Source: Macrostomum lignano
Taxonomy: Eukaryota
Assembly (NCBI GenBank): GCA_002269645.1
Contig: NIVC01000683.1
Span: forward strand, 1 to 42,234
Direction of reading: 5' to 3'
Length of the DNA: 42,234 nucleotides
Positions 28,258 to 39,520 of the stretch are shown one piece after another (position 1 is the stretch's first letter; every line of letters starts with the position of its first letter). The notes beneath the pieces were generated by a model, which did not search any database, was not told where the DNA came from, and saw only the letters and a list, made by a program, of their open reading frames with translations. A program made the position numbers and the translations under genes.

Positions 28258-28576
28258 TCTAAACCTCACCGAATACTACCAGCTCAACAGCAGTGTAGAC
28301 AGCCTAGTTGCGCCAAAAGATTTCATCTGCACCTTGAACGACGCCAATGGGATTCAAACATGCGACCAGATCAATCCTACTGTGATGTGGCTGTCCACTG
28401 AGTCCTACATGGTCTGCAATCGAACTGCCGACCCATTCGGCGACAATCTGCCTACAAACGACAGCTGCGTCAACTGGAACCAGTACTACTCGGTGTGCAA
28501 TGCGAGCGTCAGTAATCCCTATATGGGATCGATCAACTTTGACAACATTGGATTTGCCTGGGTTGCCATCTTTCAG
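28258..28576 (+). CDS. Cav3: Cav3 exon 5 (domain I extracellular turret to start of P-loop)
   Basis: Acceptor TTTGCAG|. LNLTEYYQ...FICT...CVNWNQYYSVC...NPYMGSINFDNIGFAWVAIFQ. Donor CAG|GTTGGT at 28577, phase 0. Confidence 0.95.
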
Positions 28577-28649
28577 GTTGGTTGTCAGATTTTTGTTATA
28601 ATGTTGACTATAGAATTAATAGCACATCTAGTTTGAATAGCACTTTGGA

Positions 28650-29430
28650 ATGGATTGCCAATCTAGCGAATAAGTAGAATGGATTGCTAATCTAGCCAAT
28701 GACCAGAATGGATCGCTAATCTAGCCAATGAGTAGAATGGATTGCCAATCTAGCGAATGAGTAGAATGGATTGCTAATCTAGCCAATGAGTAGAATGGAT
28801 TGCTAATCTAGACAATGAGTAGAATAGATTGCTAATCTAGCCAATGAGTAGAATGGATTGCTAATCTAGCCAATGAGTAGAATGGATTGCTAATCTAGCC
28901 AATGAGTAGAATGGATTGCTAATCTAGCCAATGACCAGAATGGATTGCTAATCTAGACAATGAGTAGAATGGATTGCTAATCTAGCCAATGAGTAGAATG
29001 GATTGCTAATCTAGCCAATGAGTAGAATGGATTGCTAATCTAGCCAATGAGTAGAATGGATTGCTAATCTAGCCAATGACCAGAATGGATTGCTAATCTA
29101 GACAATGAGTAGAATGTATTGCTAATCTAGCCAATGAGTAGAATGGATTGCCAATCTAGCCAATGAGTAGAATGGATTGCTAATCTAGCCAATGAGTAGA
29201 ATTGATTGCTAATCTAGCCAATGAGTAGAATGGATTGCTAATCTAGACAATGAGTACAATGGATTGCTAATCTAGACGATAAGTACAGTGGATTGCTAAT
29301 CTAGACAATGAGTAGAATGGATTGCTAATCTAGCCAATGAGTAGAATGGATTGCTAATCTAGACAATGAGTAGAATGGATTGCTAATCTAGACAATGAGT
29401 AGAATGGATTGCTAATCTAGACAATGAGTA
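28650..29430. repeat. 29-bp minisatellite (GAGTAGAATGGATTGCTAATCTAGCCAAT)n, about 27 copies
   Basis: Direct reading. Confidence 0.97.
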
Positions 29431-30069
29431 CTACTTTGTTTCGCTAATTGTAGTGAGTAATAATTAATAAATTGATTTAATTAGTCGGCTTGAAATTATT
29501 CTAAGTGATTCAGAGCATTTTAGTCACTCAGAAAACTCCAAGTAGCTATGTTTAGCATCCAGTGGTGAACGAGCACAGGAAAAACATGTCCAACGGACTA
29601 AGTGTTTACCACCCGGCTGGCATCCATGCGATACAAATATTTTCCACTACTCTGATAGTTCGGCTCGGCATCACGGAGTGTTTTATCATTGCGCGTTGTT
29701 ATTTATCTTGGCCTAACACCTAACACGTGGGCTTCCATCAAAGGCTACAGTGGGGGTGGAGGTCCGATGATGCACCCTCTCGGAATCAATTCCTGGGGAA
29801 CTGCGCGCACACTCTGTGCCGGCTCTGCGCCGGGCCTGGGTAGCGCATTTTGGGCCAGATCAATATAAAGACATCTCCCAGCACAGCTGCTGCAGAGCTG
29901 GGCTGAGCCGCCGCTAAGCTATTCGATGGCGAGCTGAGCCGAAACAAGTTTTGGTCACGCGCGTGCGCTTTGTGTGTGCGTATTTTTTTTCTGGAGGAAT
30001 TCAATATGAGGATTATGAAGATTATCAATAGTTGATGAGTTCAGTTCGAATGAGGCTAATGCTTGTTTT

Positions 30070-30670
30070 CGTGTCTGTCTTAGTGCCGGTCCTAGTGTTT
30101 CTCTTAGTGCCTGTCTTAGTGTCTGTCTTAGTGCCTGTCTTAGTGTCTGTCTTAGTGTCTGTCTTAGTGTCTGTCTTAGTGCCTGTCTTAGTGCCTGTCT
30201 TAGTGTTTCTATTAGTGCCTGTCTTAGTGCCTGTCTTAGTGTCTGTCTTAGTGCCTGTCTTAGTGTCTGTCTTAGTGTTTCTCTTAGTGTCTGTCTTAGT
30301 GCCTGTTTTAGTGTCTGTCTTAGTGTCTGTCTTAGTTTTTCTATTAGTGTCTGTCTTAGTGCCTGTCTTAGTGCCTGTCTTAGTGCCTGTCTTAGTGCCT
30401 GTCTTAGTGCCTGTCTTAGTGCCTGTATTAGTGTCTGTCTTAGTGTCTGTCTTAGTGCCTGTTTTAGTGTCCGTCTTAGTGCCTGTCTTAGTGCCTGTCT
30501 TAGTGTTTCTCTTAGTGTCTGTCTGTCTGTCTTGGTGTCTGTCTTAGTGTCTTTCTTAGTGTCTTTCTTAGTGTGTGTCCTAGTGTCGGTCTTAGTGTCT
30601 GTCTGCCTGTCTGCCTGCCTGCCTGCCTGTCTGTCTGCCTGCCTGCCTGCCTGTCTGTCTGTCTGTCTGA
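30070..30670. repeat. Compound satellite (TTAGTGYCTGTC)n then (TGTC/TGCC)n; inverted copy of the 13316-14388 family
   Basis: TTAGTGCCTGTC is the reverse complement of GACAGGCACTAA, and the order of the two modules is also reversed. Confidence 0.95.
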
Positions 30671-30714
30671 CTCTATTAACAGCCAGAATCGGCATTGGCA
30701 ACTCCTTTTTTTAG

Positions 30715-30900
30715 ATTGGCTCCTTCTTTATGATCAACCTCTGCCTGGTTGTCATAGCTACGCAATTCTCCGAGACTAAGAAACGCGAAGTCGAAAAGAT
30801 GCTTCAGGAGCGAAAGCGCTTCAAGTCGACGTCCAGCTTGCCCAGCTCGGCGGATCCGGGATCCTGCTATGGCCAGATCGTGAAACTGTTAATTAGACAG
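30715..30900 (+). CDS. Cav3: Cav3 exon (domain I S6 C-terminal half and first part of gating brake)
   Basis: Acceptor TTTTTTTAG|. [25 protein letters not shown]...[15 protein letters not shown]. Donor CAG|GTTCGC at 30901, phase 0. Confidence 0.95.
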
Positions 30901-30983
30901 GTTCGCATAATCTTATAGGTTTTTCATTCAACTTGATTTCATGCGCCTAACTCAGATGAAAACTCAAATCATTACGAGTTTAG

Positions 30984-31526
30984 GTTCGTCGGCTACGACG
31001 AGGTCTTCGTAGGCGCTATCAAGAGTTTCAACGTCAGCGAGGCGCGAATGCGACCGTCGTATCGGCGACTGCGGTGCTGGAGGCGGGCGAAACGATGACG
31101 GCTGGAGGCCGGCCTCCCCTGTACCGGTTTGGCTGTCGCGAGTGCCAGCAACGAAACGAAGCCGTTACATTTCGTCAGCAGCTGTCGCCGCCACGCGCCA
31201 GTCCCGAAGTGTCTTCCGATTTTGTGGACGAAGAGTCGACAAGCGCATCGGCGGCATCGGCTGCGGTTGCAACTGCAAGACGCGTGTCGTTGCAGCCTCC
31301 GCCGCACCTGCAGACGCATCAGGCGCTGTCGGTAAACGACGCGCAGGGTAGCCGACGGTCGTCTTGGAACAACTCCGACTGCCGGTGTCGCAGGAACGAG
31401 TCAGCTAGGTCCAGCTTGAACTGCCGGTCGCTGCTGGCGGGCTACCGGGAGTCCGACCTGTTCCCGGCTGGCGGCTGGCGCACTGGTCCTCCATCTCTTC
31501 CTCAATTGCGGCACGAGAGATGACAG
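30984..31526 (+). CDS. Cav3: Cav3 I-II linker exon(s); 3' boundary ambiguous (31347, or 31526 with an internal 77-nt intron or a frameshift)
   Basis: Acceptor TTTAG| at 30983 continues VRRLRRGLRRRYQEF (gating brake helix 2). Contains PPRASPE, resembling the conserved APRASPE motif. Frame 0 hits TGA at 31521, before the strong donor CAG|GTGAGC at 31527. Confidence 0.7.
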
Positions 31527-31560
31527 GTGAGCGTTGCTCTGCAAGTGCTGTTAGATACGA

Positions 31561-31955
31561 GCTGGGCCAGCCTCCCAGATCCTCAGTTGCTGGGCCAGCC
31601 TCCCAGATCCCCAGTTGCTGGGCCAGCCTTCCAGATCCTCAGTTGCTGGGCCAGCCTCTCAGATCCTCAGTTGCTGGGCCAGCCTCCCAGATCCTCAGTT
31701 GCTGGGCCACCCTCCCAGATCCTCAGTTGCTGGGCCAGCCTTCCAGATCCTCAGTTGCTGGGCCAGCCTCCCAGATCACCAGTTGCTGGGTCAGCCTCCC
31801 AGATCCTCAGTTGCTGGGCCAGCCTCCCAGAGTGTCAGTTGCTGGGCCAGCTTCCCAGGTTCTCAGTTGCTAGGCCAGCCTCCCAGATAATCAGTTGCTG
31901 GGCCAGCCTCCCAGGTTCTCAGTTGCTAGGCCAGCCTCCCAGATCCTCAGTTGCT
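31561..31955. repeat. 28-bp minisatellite, same family and orientation as 96-795, about 14 copies
   Basis: Identical consensus GGGCCAGCCTCCCAGATCCTCAGTTGCT. Confidence 0.96.
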
Positions 31956-32528
31956 CTCGTAATATGGTGGGGCTGTGGCACTACTGCAAATCAAGGCAAG
32001 CAAACACACGCTCCCTCAGGATGTACGGCGGTTCCTGACTTTCTAATCGTCGGGCACGTACATAACTGTAGTCTTTTTTACAACCTCCAAAAACCCCCTC
32101 CGGGCCAATTTTTGGGCACGCAAGTCCCAACTGAATGGGCTTCCTTCCACATGTACTTGAGTGGTTCGCAATTCGTTTTTCTGGGCATTTTTAGCTGATT
32201 GGCAATTAATTGCTTGCTCAGGTGGCAAAAAAGCAGTTAGAGTCGATCTTAGACTTGCATGCGTTCGTTCAATCTGAAAAAAGAAGCAATTAAGATGAGA
32301 TACTAGAAGAGATCAGGAGAGGTAGGAGAAGGCAGGTGAGGTAAAAACATCATGGGCTAATTAAAAAATTGTCATTTATTCTTAGCAACTATAGGCTCAA
32401 ACGAAATGTTTTGATATCCAAAGGATCTCTGGCTACACATATATGTTATTTCTTTTCGAACTAATTCGAGTTGAAAAGTACTCGAAAAGGCCAAATGACG
32501 TCAATTATTTAATTCGATTCACTTGCAG

Positions 32529-32615
32529 CTGCAGCACCGCAAACTGAGAAACTGCTGGGCCGCTTGTCTCGAGCTCCTCTCGGCCGGCTGAGGTCGAGCG
32601 GCAATCTGCTTACCT
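32529..32615 (+). CDS. Cav3: Candidate optional 87-nt Cav3 I-II linker exon
   Basis: TTGCAG| ... |GTGAGC, phase 1-1, 87 nt, open frame AAPQTEKLLGRLSRAPLGRLRSSGNLLT. No recognised conserved motif. Confidence 0.45.
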
Positions 32616-32871
32616 GTGAGCCTGATTGGGCACTGTAATTTTACCGTTCCCAGTGCAGCTAGCATGCCCCTTGGCCTGTCTACCTGCTGGACAGAAACTG
32701 GTTACCACTTAAAGACATGATCGAGATTGTTTATAGAAGGAGGTCCACTTCAAAACACAGGTGTCCGCTTCAAGACACATTTCCACTTTATAATACAAAT
32801 GTCCACTTCAAGACATAAATGTCCGCTTCAATGCACAGATGCCCAATCAAGGCACAGATGTCCACTTTAAA

Positions 32872-33165
32872 ACACAACTGACCACTCCAAGAAACAACTG
32901 ACCACTCCAAGACACAACTGACCACTCCAAGACACAACTGACCACTCCAAGACACAACTGACCACTCCAAGACACAACTGACCACTCCAAGACATAACTG
33001 ACCACTACAAGACACAACTGACCACTCCAAGACACAACTGACCACTCCAAGACACAACTGACCACTCCAAGACACAACTGACCACTCCAAGACACAACTG
33101 ACCACTCCAAGACACAACTGACCACTCCAAGACACAACTGACCACTCCAAGACACAACTGGCCAC
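32872..33165. repeat. 20-bp minisatellite (GACACAACTGACCACTCCAA)n
   Basis: Direct reading. About 14 copies with degenerate upstream units. Confidence 0.95.
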
Positions 33166-33317
33166 TTTAGGACGCGTGCAAAAACTTTTTAAAACACAGA
33201 TTTTTGTCCAAATAAATACAGAGTTATCCATTTCGAGAAAGTGATAGCAGGGTTTATAACAGTAGTTTAACTGTACCTGACTTAAGAACCAATGAGCAAT
33301 TCTGAAACCTTTTCCAG

Positions 33318-33439
33318 CATTTTGGAAGACAATCCGACGTCAGGTTAAGCAGCTCATTGATCACAGATTTTTTCAACGAGGGATTCTAATTGCCATACTC
33401 ATCAACACTATGAGCATGGGCATCGAGTTTCACAACCAG
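33318..33439 (+). CDS. Cav3: Cav3 exon (end of I-II linker, domain II S1)
   Basis: FWKTIRRQVKQLIDHRFFQRGILIAILINTMSMGIEFHNQ. Acceptor TTTCCAG|, donor CAG|GTAAGC. Confidence 0.96.
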
Positions 33440-33515
33440 GTAAGCAAAAAATCCGTACAGTTATAATAACGGAAACAAATTCACAACTTTCTCAATAAAA
33501 CTACTCAATATTCAG

Positions 33516-33667
33516 CCGCAAACGCTCACGGACATCATTGAGTACAGCAACGTGTTCTTTTGTGGCGTATTTGCTCTAGAGATGCTGCTCAAACTGCTGG
33601 GCGATGGTCTCATTGACTATGTCAGCAGCGGATTCAACGTCTTCGATGCGTCCATTGTTATTTTGAG
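33516..33667 (+). CDS. Cav3: Cav3 exon (domain II S2-S3)
   Basis: PQTLTDIIEYSNVFFCGVFALEMLLKLLGDGLIDYVSSGFNVFDASIVIL. Donor AG|GTGAGT. Confidence 0.96.
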
Positions 33668-34052
33668 GTGAGTAGCTAGTTTAATCGTTTCTTTATTTAC
33701 AAATTGAATAAACATGAATTGTTATTAACAGTGTGCCTATTGAGATATCACTTACCCACAAAATTTCGTAAATGTTCTAAATATAAATAGATACTGTCAT
33801 GAGGGTTATTTGTCGCGGTCAGGCTCGGGTCGTGCGGCGCGAGACACATACGCTGCTCTGCCCCTCCATATACATTTAGATCTATCTACTATAGAAGCTT
33901 ATATTTAAAATCATACTACGGAACTTTAACCTACAGAAAACTTACCAATTGTAGCATTATGCAATACTGTTGGGTAGTTACATGTATAGCTATATGCTCC
34001 TACACCCACACAGATAAGATTTAATTCACACTGGTTTAAACATTTTTCGCAG

Positions 34053-34238
34053 CGGTTTCGAGCTTCTGCAAGGTCACGGCAGCGGCCTATCGGTACTGCG
34101 CACCTTCCGTCTGCTTCGAATACTCAAGCTGGTGAGATTTCTGCCGGCTTTGCGACAACAGCTATTCGTCATGCTCAAGACTATGGATAATGTTGCTACG
34201 TTCTTTGCATTGCTAGTGCTGTTTATCTTCATATTTAG
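34053..34238 (+). CDS. Cav3: Cav3 exon (domain II S4-S5)
   Basis: [51 protein letters not shown]. Donor AG|GTAAGT, phase 2. Confidence 0.97.
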
Positions 34239-35563
34239 GTAAGTGAAAAACTATTTAATCATAATATTTTCATTGTTTTTTTCATCATAAATTACATGTA
34301 TGTTTATGCGTACAATAACTGTAAACATATCACTTTATTCATGACCTACTGATGAAGTAACTCTGATTTGTTTAAATGAGCGTTTTTTCCCGAATGAATA
34401 GCATAAATTTCCAAGTACTTTATCGTTGATTTTCGAATTGAAAATCAATTATTTGCTACTCTAGAATTGCATTGCTTCTGCTATACTTGGCTCAGTTCGA
34501 GTTGCTAAACACAACGTTCTTGCTCAAACATTTAGAAAAAAAAGAATAACAAACGAAGAAGCGTCCGTAATTGGCCTGCGCCTGATTGAGAGATTGCTCG
34601 TTTGGCCTGGCAATCTGTTCATGATCTTTGCTGGAAATCGCTCGCCGCAACCCTTCTTACTACAGCAGATTTAATCCCCGGGATTGAGCAGGGAATGGAG
34701 GATGAGAGAAAAGGAGAGAAGGCCGAGTATGCACTTTTTCAAATACGAGCCGTAGATCAAGCATCCATAACGCGATAGAAAAGGGCAGGAGGGGTTGCCG
34801 AGCATCTCGGAGACAACTGCAGGGTCAGAGCAACGGCAAGGCAAAGGCTAACTGGAATTTGTTCCGCATGGTTTCTCCAGATCATCCCCTCTTTCTCTTC
34901 CCCAGCCGTCCCGCTTGTCATCGCGAGCTGTCCTGACGATGAAAGCCAGAACTAAAGAGATGTTTGCGTGCGTTTAATTCTCTGAGGGTCAATGAAACAC
35001 GAAGCAGTTCCTGTTTCCTAATTACTTTGTAGAATATTCACAATATCTGTTGCAGCTTTGCTTTAATTAAAAATGACGCAGACATCATTACGGACGCATC
35101 GACTTTCTGACTATTACATTATTACCGATTTCCCATTTTTCCAAGTTTTTGAGTTCGAATATCTCGATTTGCATCAAAATGGTGTAAAAGGTGTGCTTTA
35201 AAATTGACGAGAATTTTGTCGTAAAAATATTTTATCTTTGGCTGTGTTTTTGTGCCATTTTTTGTGAAGTCTTCCGAGGAAACTTTTTCGATAGAAAGCA
35301 GAAAGAAGAGCCATGCAATATCTGCTTGATAGACCAAAATTGTAATTCATATTTTTCAGGTCATTAGACTTTCATGTACGATATCACTGATACATGCGTG
35401 CAAAGTTGCCAAATTTCTGGTTTAGAAATTCAAGCTAACAAGTAACAATTACGAGGTTCCAGTTAGTTTTGTAATATGCCTCATCTTTGATAGCGCCCAC
35501 TTGGTGTGTGTAATGTTAGCGCTCGTTCGGTAATGATTGGGCCGCGCTAACCCAATGTTTCAG

Positions 35564-35681
35564 CATATTGGGCATGAGTCTGTTCGGCTGTCAATTCTGC
35601 GGTACAACACCGCGTGGCAACTACAGATGCGCAAGGCAGAACTTTGACACCCTGCTGTGGGCAACTGTCACCGTTTTTCAG
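35564..35681 (+). CDS. Cav3: Cav3 mutually exclusive domain II turret exon, 12a type (short, 3 Cys)
   Basis: [39 protein letters not shown]. 118 nt, phase 2-0. CTAAC branch, TTTCAG| acceptor, |GTATTC donor. Confidence 0.93.
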
Positions 35682-36596
35682 GTATTCTTTGTGGCTCCAG
35701 AGACTGACTGAACATGAGCAGGTAGTGCTCCTGGGGTTAGGTGGGTTGTCACGCCACACTAAAGCCAGCGCGCCGGTGTCTTTTTGACAGGCTGTTTTGT
35801 TTTGTCTTTAAATTTTTCTACAATACTCGCTTGCAGTTTCGTGTGCATTTTTTATTCGTTCGTCTTTTGGTAGTTCAATTAAGTACGGCAACCTAGTCGC
35901 TTTGGGGAAGAAGCGATTGAAAAACTTGAGAAGTATGATCAAACTACTCGTAATAATCCATATGAAATATTTTCATGTTTTTAAGAAATCTTCAAGCGAC
36001 TAGATTGCTGTTTAGATCAAAATTTGGCTGTTATAGAACTAACTCAGCCTAATGTTGCACCGCATGAAACGTTCTCAATGTACGCTCGTAGTATTGTAGT
36101 GACTTTTCTATTCAACAACTATTAAAATCAAACAAAGCGGTGTAACTTCTCTTTGAAATAACATCGAATAATAAGTTTACTATCGAGTTTTTCAGATAAT
36201 TAGGAAAGATTTTTAATAGCAGCCATTTTTGACTACGTGGTCGTTTGTGAAACGTTTTAGTAAATATTTAGCGTATTGTCGAACTCTTGTCAACTACTGT
36301 AGCTTGCAAACTGGTAGCAATTGTAGCACAACTTCGCACTAAATTTTACTTCTTTTGAGACGCTGCTGCCTTCTTGGCAGCTTTCCTGTAATCTTGTAGT
36401 TTACCACAGAAATGTTTTGTAGTATACTCTACTAATAAGTAATATGCCCAGTTTTTGCGCCAAAGAAACAGTTCTACCGCTCGTCATTGCAAGTTGTTTG
36501 TTTTCACACAAAGTCCACAGTTGCCATGACATCCGCACTGATGTACATCTCTCCCGTATCCAATCCTCCCCTTACTCTATGCTATGCCCATCTCAG

Positions 36597-36750
36597 CGTC
36601 CTTGGCATGACCCTGTTTGGTGGTAAGTTCTGCTGGCATCCCGACGGCTCGACGTGCACTTGTTCAGAGCGCGCCGATCCTGACACGGACTGCGAGTGCG
36701 ACAGAGCCAACTTCGACAGCATCATGTGGTCGCTGGTGACAGTATTCCAG
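36597..36750 (+). CDS. Cav3: Cav3 mutually exclusive domain II turret exon, 12b type (long, 5 Cys)
   Basis: VLGMTLFGGKFCWHPDGSTCTCSERADPDTDCECDRANFDSIMWSLVTVFQ. 154 nt, phase 2-0. Paralogous to 35564-35681. Confidence 0.94.
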
Positions 36751-37407
36751 GTAGAACGGCTAGCTTTACGGAGTGATCATCCACCTTCTAATTGCTTGCA
36801 GATTAGGGGAGGCCAAAGGGCCTTTTTGGATGAAGTGCAAGTTTGGTTATTCAACCAGCAGATATAAATTAGAAATGTACACTTGTCAACCATTCACAGT
36901 AGCATTATGACATTTAATCCATGCCAGATTTGCAAAAGAGACGAAGGGTTGATTTCATTTCTCTATGATCTCAAAGTCTGCCATTGCAACATTTAATTTA
37001 GTCTTATAAACGTCAGTTTTGGTCTTCTACGCCTGTAAAATCAAGCCAATCGTCGAGGCTGTCAACTCATATCGCCATGGAGCATCAACAAGAATTCTTG
37101 AGAAGAGCTAGAAAGCAATTAGATTTGACTCGTCTGGTTTATAGTTTAGGATACTAAGGGGCTGATTTCGCGTGCTGTTTAAGAAGTGCTGTTTATTGGA
37201 TCTTCACATACTGGAATAACTATATGTGACACTCACAATTCAATGTGTGAAATATTAGTGTCTACACTTCTTTCAGTATCAGCCCAATGTCACTTAAATT
37301 TGCCATCTTCTTTTCCTTGGGTTTTTTGGCCTCAGGAGCGTAGGAGTTATTAATGAACAAAAAGCATTTAACTCAATGTACACAAGTAAAGGCAAGATGG
37401 ACTTAAC

Positions 37408-37645
37408 GCAGCCTAGGGGGCAGGCCCAATCGGTCTCAGCCAATGAGAGAGCAGTAAAGAGAGAGGTCAAAGTCAGACAGACGAAACTCAGCCTAGGGGC
37501 GGGCAGGCCCAATCTCGATCAGCCAATGAGAGAGCAGTAAGGAGAGAGTTCTAAGTAAGACGGACGAAACTCAGCCTAGGGGGCAGGCCCAATCGGTCTC
37601 AGCCAATGAGAGAGCAGGTAAGGAGAGAGGTCAAAGTCAGACACA
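37408..37645. repeat. Three tandem copies of an 80-85-bp unit, each with two CCAAT motifs
   Basis: CAGCCTAGGGG...GCAGGCCCAAT...CAGCCAATGAGAGAGCAG recurs three times. Confidence 0.85.
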
Positions 37646-38451
37646 AGCGGGCAAGAGGAAAGCCAAACTGTTTGCTTATCGGCCTAGCCCTTCTCCTTCT
37701 CTTTCTTGCTGGCTATGCACACGCACTGGATTTGGAGTTTTCATGCAATCTTCATTCAGTCTTACTTTTATTCTTTTTAAAAAAACGAGTCTGAGACAGC
37801 TTGGAGTAGGTGAAACAGGGTCTTTAATGGGTCTTTAATGGGTCTGCTTGTAGAAAGCCATTGTTGCAGCATAAAAAGGAACTTTAAACGTTGTGTAAAA
37901 ATGATTTTATTAGATTATATTATAACTAATTAATCTTTGCTATGAAACTAACCTTTGTACAGTGTAAGTCCGTTTAACAGTAGAAAGACCACACTAGGCA
38001 ATTGAAATCCATAAATATATATATATATACATGTATATACATTTGATCAGAATGAGTAGTTGGAATCCCTTTTGGCTTGGGTTGATAGCTGAAATTCCTA
38101 CAGTTACTGATGTCTGTCTACTGAATCAGGAAGAAGCCTTTGACAGCGTTATATTGTCACAAATTAATAATTATATTTTCTTAATCCTTGATGTTTTTGA
38201 CATACTGCATTGCAAATACCCACTAGCACCATTAATTAGCAGAAAAGTCTATGGACTGTTTCGTATTTTTATTTAACTTTCCAATGGATGTTGTGCTGTG
38301 TCTGGCTTAATAAAGTGTGGCTTTTTATTTACTATTTGGGTTTTTAGGAGGCATGCTATAGGAACTGCGTATTGAGTAGCTACATTCATTTGTTTTTTGC
38401 TAAAACCCGATTACTGTATATTAATTTTTAGGAGCTAGATTTTCAGTGTTT

Positions 38452-38722
38452 AATGAATGGATACTCAGTGTGCATATGAGTGGATATTCATGAGTGTTTA
38501 ATAAATGGATACTCAGTTTTTAATTGAATGGATACTCAGTGTGTATATGAGTGGATATTCAGTGTCTATATGGGTGGATATTCAGTGCGTATATGGGCGG
38601 ATATTCAGTGTCTATATGGGTGGATATTCAGTGTCTATATGGGTGGATGTTCAGTGTTTATATGGGCGGATATTCAGTGTCTATATGGTTGGATTTTCAC
38701 TGTCTATATGGGTGGATATTTA
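38452..38722. repeat. 23-bp minisatellite (GGATATTCAGTGTCTATATGGGT)n
   Basis: Direct reading. Confidence 0.93.
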
Positions 38723-38777
38723 TGACTATGAATAATGAACTAAACTGTACAACAACTTTCACGTCAACCATTGGCAG

Positions 38778-38933
38778 ATCCTGACCCAGGAGGATTGGAA
38801 CACGGTCCTCTACAATGGCATGGCGAGAACTTCGCCTTGGGCGGCTCTGTACTTTATTGCTCTAATGACATTTGGCAACTATGTGCTATTCAATCTGCTG
38901 GTTGCCATCCTCGTTGAAGGATTTTCCAGCGAG
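38778..38933 (+). CDS. Cav3: Cav3 exon (domain II selectivity filter and S6)
   Basis: [52 protein letters not shown]. Donor GAG|GTGAGA. Confidence 0.97.
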
Positions 38934-39388
38934 GTGAGAATGACGTCATCAATAAACTCTGCCTGCGTTTTATTAGAAATGATTTTAAATTGCTAACCAA
39001 ACTTCCTTTGAGCACAATTACTTTATATGTTTCATGGAGTTTAGCCTGGCATTTGAAAACATCAGGAATATCATGTGAAATTTTTCGAGCTAGCCATCAT
39101 ACTTCAGCTGTAGAGTAATTCCATGCTAGTTAGCATTATTAGCGATGGACATTATGGACCCCATGATGCACCGGCTCTGCTTGCTAGCTGAACTTGTAAC
39201 CTACTCATACTTGCTCACTGGTTCCATATCACAAAGTTTTAACCCATAATTAACCAATGCGAAACTTTATACAAACTTTTTTTTACGTAATTTTTTATGT
39301 TTAAACCTACGAGTACCAGTGCCTCCGCAAGCTCAATCACAATATCCCTCCTTCTGGGCTAACGGAGCAAGTGTGAGTGTCTGATGCG

Positions 39389-39520
39389 CCAGGCTCGATT
39401 CCAAGTGCAGTCACATCAATCTGGGGCTAAATTGGAATCTCGGCTTGGCTCTGCTCGTGCAATTAACGCCCAGCTTGAGGGCCAACCCCAAAGGCACAGC
39501 AAAGTGTACGTGTCTAACGA
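39389..39520 (+). repeat. Dispersed repeat of about 132 bp, copy 1
   Basis: CCAGGCTCGATTCCAAGTGCAGTC...GGGGCTAAATTGGAATCTCGGCTTGGCTCTGCT...CTAACGA recurs at 41854-41985. Confidence 0.9.

Noticed and set aside
35682-35691. Exon 12a donor GTATTCTTTG as a U12 donor enforcing exclusivity by spliceosome incompatibility
   Set aside because: It mismatches the near-invariant CC of RTATCCTT, and there is no TCCTTAAC-type branch before 36597 or 38778.
38551-38722. WVDI peptides resembling the missing domain I filter exon (EGWVDIMY)
   Set aside because: They arise from the 23-bp satellite, lack LEG and the downstream hydrophobic S6 segment, and are in the wrong position.
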